Assembly: GCA_965644295.1 (NCBI GenBank)
Contig: CBFFRP010000135.1
Span: 1 to 38,849, forward strand
Direction of reading: 5' to 3'
DNA length: 38,849 nucleotides
From: Paraphysomonas bandaiensis
Lineage: Eukaryota; Protista; Chrysophyceae
Shown here: one piece after another, positions 32,461 to 38,849 of the stretch
Numbering within the stretch: position 1 is the stretch's first letter
Layout of the letters: each line of letters opens with the position of its first letter
Position numbers and translations under genes: made by a program
The notes under the pieces: model-generated
Database searches by the model: none
Told to the model about the DNA's origin: nothing
The model's input: the letters and a program-made list of their open reading frames with translations, nothing else

Positions 32461-34051
32461 CTACACTTCGTCTTCGTGAATTTGTGCAAGTGAATCATCA
32501 CTTGCAGAAGAAATGACAGATTGATTAGCTACCCCTCTGGGCGACAAGTCATTATCTACATTTGTCCAAGATAAAATTCCCGTGGCAGCATCCGCAGATC
32601 TATATCTTCTGGGTTTAGCAGGCACAGGGAGGTTGTCCACCATTGTACTACTTCGAAGTATTCCATTACGCGCATTTAATTCGACGTTTTCGGCACCCGT
32701 ATCTTCCTTTGTGGATAACGCTATTGTTGACGAAATCATCTCTGAAACATTGACACTATCAGATGTAACAACAACTGGAGTCGAACAACTAGAGTTTAGC
32801 GCGTCGTGGAGAGGGGATTCAACTGCGCTATATGCGTATTCCTGAACAGAAGGTAGGGTGGGCTCAAAAGAAGACATCGCGCTGGATAAAACCCCAATGA
32901 TATTAGTAGGTCCCTCATATGTGTTTATTTCATTCGTGCTCTCTAACGCTACAATGGAGGCGGACGATAGTGACGGGCCAAACGGCGCAAGGAAGCTTGA
33001 TGCAATGTCGAGTATGCTGCTGGCGGCAGAGTGAGTACTGTCATCAAAACCAGTAGCCTCGGTAGTCATAGTTTGCAATTCTATATAGACACAGTTTTAA
33101 ATTCTAGTGTATACAGACAATAGTAGCCATACCTTCAGTCACCATTCCGGCCAGGCTTAACCCAATACCAGCTTCATCAGTCCCACTTAAAATAGGTCCA
33201 TTATCTACAGCGCGAAGTCGGTTGTTTGCCTCAAGGTCACCGGCTGAAAATAATGCGTCATTCGTGCCTTCGTTACTAACAGTGACCGAAATAGATCGAT
33301 GCGACATAGTAGGAAGCGTTGAGACAGACCGCTCAGAATCATTAAATGGGATATTCACAACATTGGTGTAAGATCCACTATTCTTTTTAGCTACATAAGC
33401 CATTCGATCAAAATAGAATTTCAGACACAACTGAATTACAGTCAACATAAGCCCAAAAGCGCTTGGAACCCAGACATTATAATCACGAATGCCAAAAAGG
33501 CCATACGACGACCACAGAATGCACCCAACCATATTAAGCGCAAGAGTAGGAAAATATAAGCTAGACGCATCTTTAGTCTGCAATATTTGAACAAGACTGG
33601 AAAGTGGAGAAAAATAATAAATTATCGTGGTCGCACTAGCTATATAGCCTATAAAGGATATCGACAGGCTAAGATCCTTGATAACAACCCCAACCATAAA
33701 CGCTACAACTATCCATACAGCAGAACCAAATTGGAGAAGTTTCCCCATATTCCTGGCAGCTGCTCGTCTGTTTTGAACTCCGAGTAGATAAAGAGCTGAT
33801 ATGATGGAATAGAAGTTAATTATCGTTCCGAATAACACACTCAGCATTAGATAAAAATTTCCCAGCGCAGTGGAATATATCATCCAGCCGAAACAGCTGA
33901 AGAAGCAGACAACAATAGGAGTGGGATTCATTGTTCCTAAACTCTGCAAACGATTGCATTCTAGCATTGCTTTGAAAGGGGACGACAGCTGGATGCTTGA
34001 AATGAATACACCCAAGATTGGGGTTACCGTATAGAGCATAAACTCGCTCAT
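32461..34051 (-). CDS. SWEET (MtN3/saliva) sugar transporter with a long C-terminal tail; exons 34051-33133 and 33080-32461
   Basis: Seven hydrophobic segments with LSSP, MNPTP, GWMIY, YFSPLSSL..ILQTKDASSL.FP, LWSSYG, VWVP and LTVIQL. A 52 nt phase-1 intron (G|GTATGG...ATATAG) joins the two ORFs. Confidence 0.9.
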
Positions 34052-34428
34052 GACTTACACTGGTAGAGTGTAGTGGTGTGAGATATGATTTAATGTTAAG
34101 ACCTTTATACTCCATTACGGAAGCTTCTATATCACAACTGACATTTTCTTCAACATTTTAGTGGACCAGTGCACTTGTTTACACAGTTATGGTGGTGGCA
34201 TGCTACTGCAACAGATGTGCAAACACATGTTATTGGGACGAACGGATCTTCTTACAACTATCACTCAACCGTCAACGACTTCGAATAGAAGCACTGAAAA
34301 AATGCCAAAAAAGCATACAAGAATAGATAGTGTGCAGATTTGTTCATCATTTATTCATCATTTTTTCAGCGATGACTTTTCGATGAAATAAATGTGTTAT
34401 GTATGCATGTAAGCATGGGTATATGATA

Positions 34429-34647
34429 TGAACAAAAATGACAAAAAGTGAAAAACCCATAAAAATTAGGAACATCGTATCAGCAATCAGCATCTCATTT
34501 TTCGGAATCAAATTAATTGAAGGAAATATACTCTATATTACTGAAGTACAACTACGGCTGGAATACAGATAATTGTTGTCTCGATATATGAGGCATCTTT
34601 GAACAAAAATAACAAAAAATTAAAAAAACCATAAGAATTAGGAACAT
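34429..34647 (-). repeat. Repeat B copy (34478-34611) bracketed by ~47 bp direct repeats (34429-34475, 34600-34647)
   Basis: TGAACAAAAAT...CCATAA.AATTAGGAACAT occurs twice, and the core is the inverse of 29283-29412. Confidence 0.85.
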
Positions 34648-34815
34648 GTACAGTGTAGACTACAGAGGACAAGTTGACATCCCACTACGGCATGTAGCTA
34701 GATGTCGTTCGTCTCTCGAGGGTGATGCTGCAAGGAATTCGCACAGTAAGAGCCTTCATTACACACACATTTAATGCGAACATCGCATCTGGTTATTTGA
34801 TTCGCCACCAGTTAA

Positions 34816-37800
34816 ATGTTTGATGGGCAGAGTAAACAGAGATATGTGTCCGCTGCGGGGAAGAAGAGAGACATCTCGCGTGCCCATATATTACACGATA
34901 CCAGAATACAGCGTGAGAACAGAGTATGTGATTTGATATCATGCGATCTACGTGTAACGTCATAGTCTAGGCGATCGAAAAGAAAAGGGCAGGTGCTGCT
35001 GTAGTGATACAGCGCTACGTGAGGCGATTAATTTCAAGAAGACGAAGTGTTGAGACCATACGCAACAAGCTCTCAGGCCAAGTGAACACAATCACCAAAA
35101 TTAGCTCGATGATGGAATTCAATGTACCTATTGAATCTGTTATTTACCTGATGAAGGCCTGTCCGTTTTGTTTGTCGCCTAGCAAGAGTTCGGATAGAGA
35201 TTTGTCTCAGCAAGTTACCAATATCGTGTTGAAGTCTTTCCAACATAAAGTGTCTACTTTCAATGTACTGAATATTAGTTCAACTGTCGATATCGATTAC
35301 CGTTACATGTGGCAAATTGTATTATCTTCGTTTTGTCGTTTTGTAATGGATATTTTGACGCAACATATAATAAATGGAGAAGCGGTACCTGTGGTGTGTG
35401 TTGATATTATTGACACTGTTGCGAAGGCATATAAAAGCGGGAGTGGAATCTCGAGGCACGTTTTCACTGGTACTATGCTCCTGATGGGCCCGACACTTGC
35501 CCGCACATTTCGATATGCTCTGCGGGCAGAGCAATCAGCCTACTGTTGTTCTTCATTGGTAGAGGCCGTGAGGATGTCGCTGTGGCTTGATGTAGATCCA
35601 TCTATCAGTAACGTTCTTGGTCTTAAGCCGCTTTACATTGAGGTCTCAAGAGTATTTAGTATATATAGTCTTAGTAACATGTGGTGCAGGATTCTTGGAG
35701 GCACTTCACCTATCAGGTGCTAAGCATACCTAATGTATTTTCTGGTTCGACAGCTGTCTCCTACGTCGAGCAGGTAATGTGCTCATCCTGCGGAAAACTA
35801 GAAAGCTCGCGTGCTTGGAAGAATGCGCTCCGTCCTCTCCTAAATACAGATAAAGCATTTCCGTTGGACTTGAAGAAACCATCGGTCAAACTAGACCATT
35901 CTATTATCAATGTTGTCACTAATTTCCTTCAATTCGGAATGGCGTATGACTTGAGTCTGTTGCGTTCTGTTCATATATCTCTTTGGGGGTCTTTGGTTAA
36001 TGTAGCACTAAATAAATCTCCGGTGGCCACTGCAGTGTCTGTTTTTTTGTTGGAGATTCAGCAGGATACAGATAGAAATGAAGGGGAAGATGAGATGAGC
36101 GAGGAGGAAGAACATGTCGACCACGGTAGACCTGCTACGTCTAGAGGGACTCTTGGTGTACTTGAAAGTCTAGTGGAGAGATACAGGAGATGGGCTATAC
36201 GTGCGGAAAGGTGTTGCGAGACTGACTGTTCAGTCAATTCCCTACAGTCTCTGTTGGCTTTGTTGACATCACCCCAGGTACTCAATGTATGCACCGATGT
36301 ATGTGCGACATGGTCCTCTGATAGCGGCACCATGGAGATTGCCGATGAGAATATTACTTTTCTTGGCGAATTGGAGTTGCTGTCTGCCATGCGATTGCTA
36401 CTGGTTAATTCGCCTGCGGGTACAAGGTAGACGGTGTGCTTTATTATGACTTGATTAACTTAATCTCTAGAGTGGGTCTGGCTGCATCCGAACCTTCTGT
36501 TTCTACCAGTATCGCCAAAGGGTTTGCTTTTCACCGGAGTGCAAACTTGTTGTACGTGCACCGTACTGCATGTGAAGTACGTCTGTTCTTAGTGTTTTTT
36601 TTAGTTTGCGGTCTCTTTTTCATCGAGTGATGAGCTTCGCGCAGACTGTCAGCAATGGGGTGAAGGGTTTTACTCACGGAGAGTTGGAGTACAGCGATGT
36701 AGCGGCCAGCACTCTCCATGTTCTCTTATGTACTCTGTCCCATCAGCTAATGGCGATTGATGATGAGGAGTTTACTGCTAATCAAAAGACCTTATCAATA
36801 AATGAGTTCTCCTCCTTAATTTCATTCCTTAAATCTCTACTTTATGATATGTACTGGGCTCATCCATTGCTGGAAAGATCATATACAGATCTATCGATGG
36901 GCGTAGCTGACAAATTGAGCGATCTGCAGCTTATGTTGGTTGCGTCTAAGGTATTTAATCAACTGGCTGCCAGGAACGAGAGACTACACTTCATCCCTCC
37001 TGATCGGTGGCTTTGGGGTGCCTTAAGCGCATCTGAATTGGAGGTTTTAGGTGAAGGGGACCCTCAGGATGTACAATCAAGCCATGCTTTTGCTATTCGA
37101 AGTGCCAAAGCAAAGACTGTTCTGCAGATGATCCCGCAGGTACAGTACATACAGATATGACATATGCTGACGACCATCGCACTGACAATAGGTTATATCC
37201 TTTGAGAGGCGGGCGACTATATTTCAGCAGCTCTTGGACCTCGACAAAGCTAAGGTAGCTAGTTTTAAAGTTCTGAACTTGTAACATAAATATTATCATT
37301 GTCTAGATCCGGAGCTCAGTGGGATTCTTTTCTGCAATTCGTGTTGAAATCCATAGAGATCGCCTGATTGAATCCGCCTACGACACGCTTCACATGTATC
37401 GATCTGAGTTGAAGCGTGATGTGAAGGTCGTATTTATATCTAATCAAGGAACCCAGGTGTGTAAGTTCATATAACTGATGAAGTATGGTAATTATTTAAT
37501 TTTATAGGAAGCAGGAATAGACGGGGGCGGCCTATTCAAAGAATTCGTGGATGATTTAATGAAGGAAATGGGCGATCCTGCGAAAGGATTTTTTCGTTCA
37601 ACTAATCAACACCTACTTGTTCCGAATCCAACTGTAGGGACTGACAGCGGTCAGAATCTTGAATATTATACGCTTCTTGGACGTATGCTTGGAAAGGCCA
37701 TATACGAGAAAATTCTAGTTGAGCCACAATTTGCTGGTATGTTTCTGAACCAACTTCTCGGTCGCCTGAATCTTATCGACGACTTACCATCCCTTGATTC

Positions 37801-38654
37801 TGAGGTGTATGTCAGCTTATTTCCATTGTCCTTATTAATGATATACTTATAGGTGTATCACTCTCTTTTGAAGTTAAAACGAGATTACCTCTATGGAGAT
37901 GGGGACTTATCTGATCTCCAGTTAAAGTTTGAGGTGGAACTGTATATCGTGTGGTATAAGCGTAGGGTAATTTCTGTTCTTGCAGGCCAGTAGGGAGGGT
38001 ATATCAGCGGATGACCGGAATGGCATTGTGGAATTGATTCCGAACGGATCAAACATTGCAGTTACTCGATCGAACTTAGTGTCGTATATCTACCTGTATG
38101 CCCACTACAAGCTTAATGTTGAAACCGCAAAGCAGAGTAGGGCATTTCTGTCTGGGTTCCGGGATCTGATTCCTGTTGAGTGGATCCGGATGTTCAACTC
38201 CCAAGAACTGCAGCGTTTGATTGGGGGTGATGGGGATAAGCCCCTGGATTTAGTAGCTCTGCAGCACCACTGTACATACTCCGGTGGATACCATCCGTCA
38301 CAGCCGTACATACAGGTATGGTATGACTACTGTTATATTGCTGATGGCCAATGTGTTGATATATAGGAGTTTTGGAAGATTTTAGCCTCATTAAGTCCTC
38401 GAACACAAGGAGATTTTCTCCGATTTGTTACAAGTTGCTCGCGCATGCCACTTCTGGGATTTGGTCAACTCAATCCACCATTCAATATAATGAAGGTTCC
38501 GAAGCACACAGATGATGAATATTCTACAAGTAGGTTGCCCATGGCATCTTCTTGCTTCAATCAGTTTAAATTGCCGCAATATGATTCCGTTGAAGAAATG
38601 CGTGAGAAACTGCTCTATGCCATTCAATCAAAGAGTGGATTTGAGTTGTCTTGA
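34816..38654 (+). CDS. HECT E3 ubiquitin ligase, UBE3B/UBE3C (UPL6/7)-like, multi-exon
   Basis: N-terminal MFDGQSK...QRENR|AIEK...AVVIQRYVRR (IQ motif). HECT motifs EAGIDGGGLFKEF, LGRMLGKAIYE, MFNSQELQRLIGG, FLRFVTSCSR, RLPMASSCFN (catalytic Cys) and terminal GFELS*. Many ~50 nt introns. Confidence 0.93.
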
Positions 38655-38757
38655 TAAGGGGTTTGTAGATATGGTTATTATATTTCTGACAAGCTAGGTG
38701 TAGATTATAGGGCTAACAATGTGTAATAATCATAAGTAGCTAACCCAAACTATTCGA

Positions 38758-38826
38758 TTAGGGTTAGGGTTAGGGTTAGGGTTAGGCTGTGTTTAGTTGT
38801 GTCAGGGTTAGTGGTTAGGGTTAGGA
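38758..38826 (+). repeat. Telomere-type TTAGGG repeats (4 perfect + partial, then degenerate units)
   Basis: (TTAGGG)4 TTAGG at 38758-38786 followed by TCAGGG TTAGTGG TTAGGG TTAGG. Confidence 0.85.
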
Positions 38827-38849
38827 GCAATACGTAACTGAACGAAGTA

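Overview
This is eukaryotic protist DNA, most consistent with a stramenopile, although the taxonomy is an inference. It has 45-105 nt GT-AG introns, compact divergent gene pairs and TTAGGG repeats near the right end. The left third is a transposon-rich zone: an intact, apparently very young 7.8 kb Ty3/gypsy chromovirus-like LTR retrotransposon (1360-9193) is inserted into a decayed minus-strand gene resembling a Crinkler-type NTPase + restriction-endonuclease-fold gene, followed by repeat debris. The retroelement is atypical: RT motif IFDN instead of YxDD, gag and pol in one frame split by a single TGA-CAA, a CCCH-like finger in Gag, no tRNA PBS, and a domain beyond the chromodomain. The right two thirds holds host genes: a PH-PH-DysF protein, an RluA-family pseudouridine synthase, a small unknown gene, a CCDC174-like gene, a SWEET sugar transporter and a UBE3B/C-like HECT ligase. 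The standout is a predicted four-exon, ~1944 aa gene (20455-26441) that the ORF track splits in two. It joins an MLKL-type N-terminal four-helix bundle, a pseudokinase, a VWA domain, an unassigned ~750 aa region and a complete but diverged eEF1A-like GTPase. This is a candidate cell-death/immune executor with an integrated translation-factor decoy. All domain calls are by motif recognition only; no searches were run.
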